A stretch of DNA of 64,000 nucleotides from the IMG/VR virus record IMGVR_UViG_3300029705_000041, one strand, 5' to 3'. The position numbers and the translations under genes are program-made. Of the stretch, positions 7,717-18,051 are shown piece after piece. How positions within the stretch are numbered: position 1 is the stretch's first letter; each line of letters begins with the position of its first letter. Below the pieces are notes generated by a model. It did not search any database, was not told the origin of the DNA, and saw only the letters and a list, made by a program, of their open reading frames with translations. This DNA is from a virus (taxonomy: Duplodnaviria > Caudoviricetes).

Positions 7717-10700
7717 TTACGCTCCGATAGAGAAGCAGGGGCAAACGCCACCAGCATAGCTGGCGCCGTAGTAGCTGCCGTTGCCACCTGTGCTGCCGAC
7801 ACTGCAGAAGGTAGTCGCGCCGGTAGCAACCGGAGAACGCTCCCACCAGCTGTACGCACGAATCCATAAACCACCGTCATCAGCTTCAATAAAATAAGTT
7901 TCATCGGCAGTATGATTATATAGCTCACGTGTTTCTGCATCCTCATATATATAAACAGCAGTATTGTTCTTCCATACATCTCCAGATTTAACTGTAAATA
8001 ATGTAGTTGGGTCTGATACAGATACTGTTGCTCCTGCCGTTGCGGTTGCGGCATAGTATGTCGCATCTTCCGGAACGATTCTGCCTATGAATTTTGCTCT
8101 AAATATATCAGAGTTTGCAACCAATGTGTTGCCGTACAAACCTTCTCTTACGTAAGGTTCGCCGCTGCCGCCAACTTCTCGCAATGATGGTAAATAAATA
8201 TAATCATCATCTGAACGAACTGGTGTGCTTGCGCTGTTTCCTGCTGCATTACCAACATTGGCGTAAGTCTTAACTCTCTTAATTAATGACCTTAATTGAA
8301 CAGGTAAACCACGATAAAAACGACCCATTTCACCAGCGTACTTTTCACTTGTTCCAACAGTATAAGTATCTTTAGAACAATCACTGTGTTCTGGATTCAA
8401 GAATTTTCTCATTTGAGTATCATGCCAACCAGAATATGTGTAATATCCATCTCCGGCACTTCCACCAGAAGTAGAGTAGTTATAATTACCAACATTCATT
8501 CTATGTGTATGCATAAGCAGTCCTTCAAACATAAAAGATACGGATGATGTTTTAAGAGCATTATCGGATAATGCATATCTTCCTGTGACATCGCCATCAG
8601 AAGAAGCAACCCTAATAACAACATTTTCAGTAGTCCAATCACAAATACTCCTTGCAACTGAATCACCAAGGTCATCAAACCATATTTTACACTTATGAAT
8701 AAATCCTTTTCCGAAAGCACCAAATCCAGAACTTGATTCTGCGCCACCAATTACAAGTTTTCCAGCACCAATACTTGAATTTGTTAATGTTGAAATTGTT
8801 TTACTGTCAGTAAAAGCAACAGGGGCATTAGTCGAAGGTGTTGTTGCAAGGTTAAATGAATATGTATATAGTTTATCTTCGCCCTTAATATGACGAATTA
8901 CTAACATATTTCTGTTTTTAGCATTTCCAACAATATTATAGGCGCTTCCAAAGTCAAGCCTATGACCACCGCTGTATTGTAGCCTCAAAGGAATGCTATT
9001 ATTAGTTGTATCAGATACAGATAAGAGAGTAGAAGTTAAACTTGTTGCTGTATATTCATAATCTAAACATAATGTAAATGATTTATCTTTATCTCCGAAC
9101 AATTCAACAACATTTCCATCTCCATCGGTTACTTCATATGCTGTAAATCCATCGAAATAAGTTGACTCCGAAATAATATCAATTTCTTCAACATTACTAA
9201 ACGAATAATCGTTACCCATTCTGAATGTTTTTCTGTCTCCACCTTTAATATAATTGTTTATAGAAAGAGGATAGCCAGCACAAATTCGATATATATCAGT
9301 CCATGAGGCATTATTTAGATATTCTGTATCTGAATCATCTCTAGTAACAGGAGCATTAGAAACTAAATCCCAAAGAGCAGTTACTGTCATATCACTAGTT
9401 ACATAGCCAGTAGACTTATTCCAGCCTTTGAATAAATAGAATCTCAATGAACTCTCAACAGCAGTATATGTTGGAATTCCATCTGCTGAAGGCATAAAAT
9501 CCCATACTGCTTCCGAACCATAAGATACGGTTTGTGTTTTAAGAGTTGTACCAAATCCATCAACCCATGTTACTGTAAATTCTCTTTCGACAGCAGTGTA
9601 CTGTGCTTTATAAGTAATTGTGTGACCTACATTTGTGGCAAAGTTGGTTGCACTTTCAGGATAGGTAACATCACTTGATACATCTTTCCAATTTTTAAAT
9701 GTATAGATATATCTTTCATCCATTGGTTTTACAGGTGTTGTATAATCGTCAAAATAATTTTTAGGATTGACAACGGTGCCGCCGGCATCTACCCATTCTG
9801 TAAATAAAATAGTTATTTCATCATCATCTATAAACTTAATTTCATGCTGTTCAATGTAAGTGTTATATGCAATTGTAAGGTCGTTACCCCAAATATCTAA
9901 ATATTCAATCTCTTTTGATTGTTTTAGTGTTGGAATAAATACATATCCTGTAAATACAGATTTAGACTGATTATATCCATTAGCATTATAACCAGCAAGA
10001 AGTTTTATATCATCAAGTATAGATGCAGTATCATTGTCGAGAATCCAATACATATTAGTTAATCTGATACGTTCAATATTATCGCACGCTTGATATAAAG
10101 CTAAAGCGTTAATACACGCCATATCAGAAGAAGCATTTAAAGATGCCTGATATGTATTGTCCATATTTTCTACAATTAACTGTTTAAGATTTGTATTACC
10201 TTCAAAAGTAAGAGTATCACTAACATCTTCTTTGCCATAGTAAAGTTTTGTTAAATTCTTTGCTATTAATGCCCCTATATCATTTAGCTCGGCTTTTTCA
10301 ACCATTCCACCAGTTGCAAACGTTATACCCGAACATTGTGTTCCTGTTGTATAAACTTCTTTTAACGCTTGGCAGTTTGAAAGGTCAAGCGCAGAATTAA
10401 ACGAAGCGCAATTACGTAAATCAAGAATTTCTAATAAAGTATTCGCAGAAACATCTATACCATTACCAGCCTCAGAACTACCAAATGAAGTATTAATATA
10501 ATCCTCATCAGCCGAACCAACATATAATTCTGTAAGTTTAGTAGCAGGAGAGAAGTTAGCATATCCTATATGTAATGAAGCTAGACCATTAATTTTTTGA
10601 ATAAGTGAAGCACTAAAAATATAAGTTTCTGTATCATTAAGAGTAAGATGAGTTAAATCAACTACAACCTTTTCACCTCTCATAGCTCTTTGTGTAATTC

Positions 10701-13700
10701 TTGTTGAACCAGCTTGAACAGCGACATAGACAGAAGCATAAGGAATGATTTCAAGTACACCACCTGAATATGAACGAACTGTAATAGCCGCAGAACTTCC
10801 TGTTGCAGCACTACCATTATATTTAGATGAACAATACAACTCTTGGTATGTTTCAAATAATGTTCTTTGTAATTCTTTCAAGCCATACATCATTGCAAAA
10901 TATGCAGAGTTTGAAGTATATCCACCTAATGTATTTGGATTTTCATAAGGTCTGATATATTTTCTTCTTGCATCAAACATTTGTAAGCGTCTACATTTAA
11001 CACTTTGATATGCTTTAAATTTATTGATAATACGAGTGGAATCCCAGGCACCCTTAGATTCGAGAGTTTTAAATAATGCTGCCAAATCATCGTACATATT
11101 TTCTCTGACATTCGCCCATAAAGTACAAGAATCAGCATCGCCAATGATAGATGCACCATTATATACATTACCATCGCCAATCTTATCAATATCTTCCATA
11201 CCAAAAGTCAAAGTAAGATTACCTTCATTATTATTTCCATCCGCCGTATCGTTATCATAGTCAAAAACTAAATCCCAATGAATACCATCAGATGTATGCC
11301 AGAAAGTATTTTTAGCTCGGTTATCAACCATAGTATGTCTTTCAGTAAACAAATAATGATAAAGAATACTATCCTTAATCATATATTCTTCAAATTCATT
11401 AACAAACTTAGCTTGTCTATATTCTGCACTATCTACAGTATAAGTAGTTTCACCATATGTTACAGATTCTTCGAGTGTCGCATTTGTTGCAGCTGCTGTA
11501 TCAGTAGAAGCAATAAATGTGTAAAGTCTTTTGAAACTGTCAATAAGACTCGTTTTATGCTCATCCTCTGTCCACACTTTACCATTCTTGTCGGTTAAGC
11601 CAAAATCTTCTGGGTATCTAAATTCAACGGAGTTATGCCAACCAACTTCCATTTGTGCATCAGTTGCATCACCCCAACCTTCCCAATTGAAAATTGTGTC
11701 ATAATCTGCAAGACCATTTGCCTTAAACGATGTTCCATCGTGCTTAAACAAACAAATTCTGTCAGTATTATTTGCAATTTCAACAATACATTCGTTAGGA
11801 TTTGTTTTGTCCATACCCATAGCAGCATGGTTTTTCTTTGAGTTACCAAAGTCACCACAAGAATAGAAGTGATAGTTGGTATCAGCAAACTCCTTATGTG
11901 TACTAATATCAGGATTTGACTCTCTAACAAAGATTACACAAGGATGGAATTCCATAGTGTCTCTAACTTTACTATTAGCCAATCTTGCTGCTCTTATGTA
12001 AGGTTGGAATGTATTGTAATCATCTGCAAGACACGCATTATTTGCATTTTCAGATGAAGCAACATTAACTTTGATATTAAAATAATTAACACCAATAGAA
12101 TTTTCTGTCATTGAATATGTATCAGAAGTTTTGCCATCATTAAATACAAAACCATTTGAACACTTAATATCCAAATTTCTCGAAGATGCGCCATACTGTT
12201 CGGATGAAGTACCTTGTCCTTTTAAAGTTATGCCTGATGCAGTCCAAGTGTGTGCTGCACCTCCAGCTGGATATATATGCTGAACCGAACAATCATATAA
12301 TACATTGCCTTCGCTATCTTTTAATGCTGTAACAGAATCTTTTTTACCTGTTGTAAACCTTGGACAGTCGATAAGGATAACTCTCATATCAGGAAGAATT
12401 GCATTTATCTTAGTGTAATCTAATTCGCCATCATCATTTAAAATATTATTCTTGTTATATCTGTCAGCCATTTCTGTTGCATCAGGAGCATCAGCAATAT
12501 AGTTTGCAATAAGGTCTGTGTCAGACAAATGAGTTCTATATGCCTTTAATCTATAAATCCACACATCACAGTTATCAGAACCAAAAATAATAGGTGCTTG
12601 TGTTGACTGCATAAATGCATCTGTCGCACTGTAAAGTTTAGGCTGAGTATAATCACCATCAAGCAAACAGAATATTTCAGAGAATCCACCTGAATTTTCG
12701 TCAGGTGTAATATTCCACTCAAATTCCATATATGTATCATCACAATACGGTACTTTTACTTTTTCTGCTGCCGAACCAGTACGTAAATAAGCATTAGTTG
12801 CTGTCATTTTCATACCGATGTTTCCGGACATACAAGACATTACCTCTGCCTCTAAATCTCTACAGTTGGTTGCTTTATAAATAAGTTTAAAATTCATACC
12901 AGTCTGCTTAATATCATCATCGCCAATAGGGAAGAACAAAGGATAATTAAGTGACATTGTAGTACCGGCTTTAACGCAGAAATAAGAATTTCCATCTTTA
13001 TCTGTTTTCCAACCACCATTAGTCCAGTCAAAATTATCTGATACACTCATTGTATATCCATTATTAGTATAGGTTGCAAAGTTGGTATCACTATTGCTTC
13101 TTCCAGAAGGATTAAAGTCAAATGCTTTACCAGAAACTTCATTTATATCATACGGAAATTTATTAATAGTTATAGGAATTTCTTTTGTTGTAGCGCCACA
13201 AGTAAAGACTATAACTTTATTCCCATAACTAGTTGGTTTGTAAGCCCAAGACTGTGCTGTTCTATCCACACTAACTGTTGTTGAACTATCAAGCGTTCTA
13301 ATTTCCTCACTGACACTATAAACAGAAATATTAACATTCGCTGTTTGTGAGGCGGGATTATAAACAAAATAATCCAATGTTAAAGCAGAATATTGTTCTC
13401 CATTATCGCCATTATAAGCACAACCAATTACTGGCGCTGTTTCTTCTGAATCTATATACATAATATCAAAATATAATATATCAGAAGTGATTGGAATTTC
13501 GTTGACTGTTGCAGTACAATATACCCTTAAAGAATGAGAACCGTGTCCTAAATCTTCTTTTGGAATAATAAGCGATTGAGCAACACCACTTGAAGTGTAT
13601 GCCTTTGAAAAATAAGGCTCATCCTCATTATCAAGATAAATATATACCGTTTTTTCAATGCCAGAGCCATTAGGTGTAAATCTAAATGTTACATCAGAAG

Positions 13701-15027
13701 AATATGTAAGTTTATCATCGAATGTAGAACTAATATACATATTGATTGCTCTTACAACCCATGTGGTAGTACCAATAGAACCATTACTATCTGTGATTTT
13801 TAATCTTACATTATTCGACCCACTGCTTAAAAATTTTCCGATATTAAAGCTGCAATTTCCTTGTGCTATGGTTTCAGTAGCAACTTTAATATTTGATACA
13901 TACCAATCGGCGGTACAGTCACCAGTAGCATCGCCAGTTGTATCAAGTGATGAAAAACTATACGATAACTCACAATCATCTCCAAGTAACATAGTTACTG
14001 GTGTTCTTGTGATTTTTTCAATAGTAACCGTTGAACCAGTTGCAACACCGCCGCCTCCAGCAGGTAAAGTAACTTGGTCTTGAATATTACCATCGCAATA
14101 TAATGTTAATACATTAGTTTCTTGGTCAAGTCTAATCATATATTCATGACCATCATTCATACTATTTAAGGTATCTTGAATATCACTAATATTATTTCCA
14201 TTTGTCTCAACATCTGTAAGTAAATTAGTGATACTGATATTCATATTGTTTACATTTCTTTGTAATTCTTCTATATCTGATTTTATATTAATAGTATCTC
14301 CGATATTTATCCAAATTTCTTCATCTTCATTTGAAATGTATCTGTAATGACTATAAACTCCATTAAATAAAATATAGTAATCAGTAAAAGAATTTGCGGT
14401 TATTGTATTTAAAAAGCTATCTATTGACTCACTATCACTTCCATTTAAAAATTGAGCAGTAGAACCGCCTACCATACAAAATTGACCGCCAATATATTTA
14501 TAATATAAACAACCATCAGAATTATGTACAATATAATCAACATCTTCTGAAGGTTGTACAATTTCAGTTAAAGCTCCGACAACTATTGTTGTAGCCGAGC
14601 CGAAAACATCCCATTTATATGCAATATTATCTTCATCATCAGAATATTTAATCCATACATATTTATCATATCCATTGCCCGCTTTATTAGGGACAAGATA
14701 GAATGTTGATACAGAAGGGCTTTCTACATTAGGGTATCCTTCAGCAGTTAAAGAATCTACAATTTCCCAACTTACTGCCTCATATGTTGAAAGTCTGCCA
14801 TCCGAATATTCTTTTGCTCTTGCAAATCCGGTTTCTGCACCAGCCTCAATAACTGCCGAAAGTGCATTTTTAAGATTGGAATATGTTTTATCATTGACAA
14901 TTCTTGCAGCAGAAATTTCAGAATTTATATTTCCAATCGAAGTATTTAAGTCCTCTTTAACTCCATCAGCATATTTTTTTGTAGCATAACTTTCTAAATC
15001 AGAGCTTAAAATGATTTTCTCTTTCAT
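7717..15027 (-). CDS. Giant tail/receptor-binding protein, DGR target with C-terminal C-type-lectin-like domain
   Basis: 2436 aa; beta-rich Ig/LamG-like stretches, CotH-kinase-like motifs, LRR-like stretch, InlB-B-type repeats (YTFKNW, YLFKGW), IYLPS..EV...WWERSP...GVCPCF C-terminus. Confidence 0.85.
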   Translation of the reverse strand: MKEKIILSSDLESYATKKYADGVKEDLNTSIGNINSEISAARIVNDKTYSNLKNALSAVIEAGAETGFARAKEYSDGRLSTYEAVSWEIVDSLTAEGYPNVESPSVSTFYLVPNKAGNGYDKYVWIKYSDDEDNIAYKWDVFGSATTIVVGALTEIVQPSEDVDYIVHNSDGCLYYKYIGGQFCMVGGSTAQFLNGSDSESIDSFLNTITANSFTDYYILFNGVYSHYRYISNEDEEIWINIGDTINIKSDIEELQRNVNNMNISITNLLTDVETNGNNISDIQDTLNSMNDGHEYMIRLDQETNVLTLYCDGNIQDQVTLPAGGGGVATGSTVTIEKITRTPVTMLLGDDCELSYSFSSLDTTGDATGDCTADWYVSNIKVATETIAQGNCSFNIGKFLSSGSNNVRLKITDSNGSIGTTTWVVRAINMYISSTFDDKLTYSSDVTFRFTPNGSGIEKTVYIYLDNEDEPYFSKAYTSSGVAQSLIIPKEDLGHGSHSLRVYCTATVNEIPITSDILYFDIMYIDSEETAPVIGCAYNGDNGEQYSALTLDYFVYNPASQTANVNISVYSVSEEIRTLDSSTTVSVDRTAQSWAYKPTSYGNKVIVFTCGATTKEIPITINKFPYDINEVSGKAFDFNPSGRSNSDTNFATYTNNGYTMSVSDNFDWTNGGWKTDKDGNSYFCVKAGTTMSLNYPLFFPIGDDDIKQTGMNFKLIYKATNCRDLEAEVMSCMSGNIGMKMTATNAYLRTGSAAEKVKVPYCDDTYMEFEWNITPDENSGGFSEIFCLLDGDYTQPKLYSATDAFMQSTQAPIIFGSDNCDVWIYRLKAYRTHLSDTDLIANYIADAPDATEMADRYNKNNILNDDGELDYTKINAILPDMRVILIDCPRFTTGKKDSVTALKDSEGNVLYDCSVQHIYPAGGAAHTWTASGITLKGQGTSSEQYGASSRNLDIKCSNGFVFNDGKTSDTYSMTENSIGVNYFNIKVNVASSENANNACLADDYNTFQPYIRAARLANSKVRDTMEFHPCVIFVRESNPDISTHKEFADTNYHFYSCGDFGNSKKNHAAMGMDKTNPNECIVEIANNTDRICLFKHDGTSFKANGLADYDTIFNWEGWGDATDAQMEVGWHNSVEFRYPEDFGLTDKNGKVWTEDEHKTSLIDSFKRLYTFIASTDTAAATNATLEESVTYGETTYTVDSAEYRQAKFVNEFEEYMIKDSILYHYLFTERHTMVDNRAKNTFWHTSDGIHWDLVFDYDNDTADGNNNEGNLTLTFGMEDIDKIGDGNVYNGASIIGDADSCTLWANVRENMYDDLAALFKTLESKGAWDSTRIINKFKAYQSVKCRRLQMFDARRKYIRPYENPNTLGGYTSNSAYFAMMYGLKELQRTLFETYQELYCSSKYNGSAATGSSAAITVRSYSGGVLEIIPYASVYVAVQAGSTRITQRAMRGEKVVVDLTHLTLNDTETYIFSASLIQKINGLASLHIGYANFSPATKLTELYVGSADEDYINTSFGSSEAGNGIDVSANTLLEILDLRNCASFNSALDLSNCQALKEVYTTGTQCSGITFATGGMVEKAELNDIGALIAKNLTKLYYGKEDVSDTLTFEGNTNLKQLIVENMDNTYQASLNASSDMACINALALYQACDNIERIRLTNMYWILDNDTASILDDIKLLAGYNANGYNQSKSVFTGYVFIPTLKQSKEIEYLDIWGNDLTIAYNTYIEQHEIKFIDDDEITILFTEWVDAGGTVVNPKNYFDDYTTPVKPMDERYIYTFKNWKDVSSDVTYPESATNFATNVGHTITYKAQYTAVEREFTVTWVDGFGTTLKTQTVSYGSEAVWDFMPSADGIPTYTAVESSLRFYLFKGWNKSTGYVTSDMTVTALWDLVSNAPVTRDDSDTEYLNNASWTDIYRICAGYPLSINNYIKGGDRKTFRMGNDYSFSNVEEIDIISESTYFDGFTAYEVTDGDGNVVELFGDKDKSFTLCLDYEYTATSLTSTLLSVSDTTNNSIPLRLQYSGGHRLDFGSAYNIVGNAKNRNMLVIRHIKGEDKLYTYSFNLATTPSTNAPVAFTDSKTISTLTNSSIGAGKLVIGGAESSSGFGAFGKGFIHKCKIWFDDLGDSVARSICDWTTENVVIRVASSDGDVTGRYALSDNALKTSSVSFMFEGLLMHTHRMNVGNYNYSTSGGSAGDGYYTYSGWHDTQMRKFLNPEHSDCSKDTYTVGTSEKYAGEMGRFYRGLPVQLRSLIKRVKTYANVGNAAGNSASTPVRSDDDYIYLPSLREVGGSGEPYVREGLYGNTLVANSDIFRAKFIGRIVPEDATYYAATATAGATVSVSDPTTLFTVKSGDVWKNNTAVYIYEDAETRELYNHTADETYFIEADDGGLWIRAYSWWERSPVATGATTFCSVGSTGGNGSYYGASYAGGVCPCFSIGA
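7732..7861 (-). repeat. DGR variable repeat (VR)
   Basis: Encodes RAYSWWERSP...GGVCPCF at the target C-terminus; matches TR except at adenines plus one extra codon. Confidence 0.95.
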
Positions 15028-15116
15028 ATATGTAATGAACTCCTTTCAATTTGTTAAATTAAAAAGGGATAGGCAGAGTTTACCATATCCCTCGTATATT
15101 AAATTATTTTTTATAT

Positions 15117-16487
15117 TTACATCAAGATTACAGCTGGTTCTACCGCAAATATAATAGTTCCTTCCAAAAACCATGATTCGGTTTCTAAAGCTTTCACTTT
15201 ATAAACACCATCATTTTCAGATACAATACCATTCAAATATGCAATATCTTCATTCGGACTTATCATTTCACCCGCTTCGCCATCCCAATATTTTGTACAG
15301 TTAAATTTATAATTTAATGGCACAATTACACCTTCTGACCTCATATAAAGATTTACTCCAAGCATCGTAACAACATAATCATCATGATAATCTAAAAGCA
15401 AATCACTTACATAGCCTAAAATCTTCTCGTTTGTTGTAATAGAACGAGAAATACTTTTTCTGTATATAGATGCACCAGTGGATAAAACCCCAATTTTATC
15501 TATTCCATTTACACTATGAAAAACGGCATTAACTGCATCAACAACACCATATTTACAGGTTGAATAACCTTCGTTACGTTCATAATTGGCACTTTCTAAT
15601 TTGTCCATAGTAATAGCATTATTCTTCAAATTTGAGTTACCCACAGAATTATCTGCAAGTTTTTCATCTGTAACTGAATTATTAATAATATTATTTGTAT
15701 TAACAGAATTATCTGCAAGTTTTTCATTTGTAATTGCATTATCTATAATATGATTTGTGGCGATACATCCATTACCAAATGTAGTTGTAAGGTATTTCAC
15801 AATAGGGTCTGAAATAGTTGCTCCATCCCAATATACCACAAATCCATAGTATTCATCTTCGGTATCTAAAGGCATATAAAGATATAATCCCGATTCTAAT
15901 CCTTCAAATTCTTCAAACGCTAATTGAGTAACAATACCTTTCGGAGAAGCACTTAAATTTCTTAATGTTTCTTCATCCACTGCTTTAAGTGTCTCATATC
16001 CATCATAAATAAGTTCGATAAGTTGCTCGTATGTCGCACTTTCTTTTGAAATAGAGAAGTCTGAACTATTTATACCAGGTCTAATTATCAGTGTTGCTGG
16101 ACTCGTAGATAATTTATAAACGTTGTCTCCATTATCAAACAATACAAACACTAATTGAAATTTAACTTCTCCTGCTGATATAGTAACATCTCTACCAACT
16201 AACCAAGCAAGAGATATAGTTCCATCATCGTTTTCTTTAACTTCACTAATTGTATATACACCAAAAGAGCCATCTGCGTTAACAAAATGAACCTGTGCAG
16301 TCTTTTGATATAAATCTCCATTGCCTTGAACATCCGGTTCATCAAAATATCTTGCAACTTTAAACCATACTTTTTCAGAATTATTATCTGCCTCTACTCC
16401 AATATATTTTAATTCTTCTGGTATGGTAATTGTTCTTGTATCTAAATCAACAACTAAAGGATGTTCTTTTATGCTTTCCATTGCCAT
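15117..16487 (-). CDS. Baseplate upper (BppU-like) / tail fibre protein
   Basis: TRTITIP...GVEADNNSE.V.F...RYFD N-terminus; 10-aa repeats ITNEKLADNSV. Confidence 0.65.
   Translation of the reverse strand: MAMESIKEHPLVVDLDTRTITIPEELKYIGVEADNNSEKVWFKVARYFDEPDVQGNGDLYQKTAQVHFVNADGSFGVYTISEVKENDDGTISLAWLVGRDVTISAGEVKFQLVFVLFDNGDNVYKLSTSPATLIIRPGINSSDFSISKESATYEQLIELIYDGYETLKAVDEETLRNLSASPKGIVTQLAFEEFEGLESGLYLYMPLDTEDEYYGFVVYWDGATISDPIVKYLTTTFGNGCIATNHIIDNAITNEKLADNSVNTNNIINNSVTDEKLADNSVGNSNLKNNAITMDKLESANYERNEGYSTCKYGVVDAVNAVFHSVNGIDKIGVLSTGASIYRKSISRSITTNEKILGYVSDLLLDYHDDYVVTMLGVNLYMRSEGVIVPLNYKFNCTKYWDGEAGEMISPNEDIAYLNGIVSENDGVYKVKALETESWFLEGTIIFAVEPAVILM
15643..15727. repeat. 25-bp direct repeat, 60-bp period, within coding repeats
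   Basis: ACAGAATTATCTGCAAGTTTTTCAT at 15643 and 15703. Confidence 0.8.
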
Positions 16488-16501
16488 ATATAATCACCTC
16501 T

Positions 16502-17716
16502 TTATTCGTCAAGATTTTTTAATACAACTCCACTACCCGTATATCCATCAATGTAGTAAAATACTGGCATAAACATATAATTTTTTCCGCCATTATCATC
16601 ATCAATATGTGTGAATATTAATCTGTTATAATATGCATTACTATTTTCATATGATTCCTTAAATGGAACAATTTCATAATATGATGAGTCATTAATTGGC
16701 AAAAACATTAATGTATTATAGTTACTTGATTGCATATATCCAAAAACAACATAATCATCATAAAATCCACAAGGATAAATATATTCATCTGACGAATTAT
16801 CTGGAATAACTTTTGTTACTTTAAATGTTGCTTTGCTACTTGAATTTGAATATAATGAAAACTTATAACCGCCAGTATATGTTGTATTTCCAACAGTTGC
16901 AATATTAATACCTCTTTGATAAAAATAATATTGACCATTATAAAATCCCGTTGGTAAACTAACGCTTAATTGTTTTCTAGTTGACCCATCCCATACAAAT
17001 TGAATATTATATTCAGAATAATAACTACTGTAATTGGTTCTTGGATTGCATATTACACAAACCTTGTCTCCAACTAAAATGGATAACGAAACTCTAAAAT
17101 AACTGGTTGAAGTTGAATATACTGGTGTTGTTCCAGAAACAACATAATAATTTGAATCTTGTGCAATATCGTATATGTATAAACTTGAAATAGAAGATGC
17201 ATAACTTGCATCTCCATGTTTAACCTTGAAAATTCCATATCCACTACCTCCGATTCCCCAAAGATAGCTATAAATATCATCACCATCTACATATGTTCCA
17301 ATATACCACTGATATGTTATAGACGAATTATTCGTTTTCATACTGTATTTGGTGATATTACCATTAATAGGATTAATTTCTATAACATATTGATTCGCAC
17401 AATCATATTCAAAAATTCTTCCTTCTTGTGTAATGGTTTTTCTATAATTATATCTATTTGGGTATGAGCTTGAATATGGATAAGCATAATTTGAATATAA
17501 ATATTTAAAAATATCACTATTTGGGTCATTAAAAATATCTGTATTCTTATATCTAAAAGCATTTTGAATACCATACTGTTTTTTGGTAATTCTTTCAGAT
17601 ATATCAGCTGCATTTTGAGAAATTGAATTAGACAATGTTGTTAGTGTACTAGCAAGTTTGGTTTTAAAACTTCCCCAAACATTTGACATTTCTACGCCAT
17701 CTAACCAATTAGCCAT
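16502..17716 (-). CDS. Tyr/Ser/Asn-rich tail-associated protein
   Basis: ORF with RBS in the tail module; short N-terminal coiled coil then beta-rich domain. Confidence 0.55.
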   Translation of the reverse strand: MANWLDGVEMSNVWGSFKTKLASTLTTLSNSISQNAADISERITKKQYGIQNAFRYKNTDIFNDPNSDIFKYLYSNYAYPYSSSYPNRYNYRKTITQEGRIFEYDCANQYVIEINPINGNITKYSMKTNNSSITYQWYIGTYVDGDDIYSYLWGIGGSGYGIFKVKHGDASYASSISSLYIYDIAQDSNYYVVSGTTPVYSTSTSYFRVSLSILVGDKVCVICNPRTNYSSYYSEYNIQFVWDGSTRKQLSVSLPTGFYNGQYYFYQRGINIATVGNTTYTGGYKFSLYSNSSSKATFKVTKVIPDNSSDEYIYPCGFYDDYVVFGYMQSSNYNTLMFLPINDSSYYEIVPFKESYENSNAYYNRLIFTHIDDDNGGKNYMFMPVFYYIDGYTGSGVVLKNLDE

Positions 17717-17733
17717 ATATATCTGCCTCCTTT

Positions 17734-18051
17734 CTAAAACTTAACTCCAATGTAAGCATTACTCATATTGGATTTATTATAAAAAATTTTCACTTTATTT
17801 CCTTCGGCAAGAATACTACCACTTAAATTTGGTAATGAAGTTAATGTGTTAAAGGCTAATTCTACATCCGCAGATGTAGTACCTATTACATTTCCACTAC
17901 TGTCTGTAGTTTGTACAGGATTTCTTACAATTCCTTCATAAGAAAACTCAACATTTGCTGAATTTAATTGTTTACTAAATTTTTCTTCGATACGTTGATA
18001 AATAATATCAACTAATTCGTCAAGCAAAGAACTATTTATATTACTCATCAA
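17734..18051 (-). CDS. Small tail/baseplate protein
   Basis: ORF in the tail module; LPNLSGSIL..G.KV.I OB-like C-terminus. Confidence 0.5.
   Translation of the reverse strand: MMSNINSSLLDELVDIIYQRIEEKFSKQLNSANVEFSYEGIVRNPVQTTDSSGNVIGTTSADVELAFNTLTSLPNLSGSILAEGNKVKIFYNKSNMSNAYIGVKF

Larger units (their letters stand above)
5223..7861 (-). mobile_element. Diversity-generating retroelement cassette (VR-hairpin-avd-TR-RT)
   Basis: All canonical components present in canonical order. Confidence 0.93.

Noticed and set aside
6551-8066. ORFs 6551-6802, 6657-7229, 7659-8066 and 7664-7867
   Set aside because: Alternative-frame or antisense readings of TR, avd and VR
16502-17716. Tyr/Ser/Asn-rich protein as a second DGR target
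   Set aside because: No segment matches TR; no second VR seen in this window
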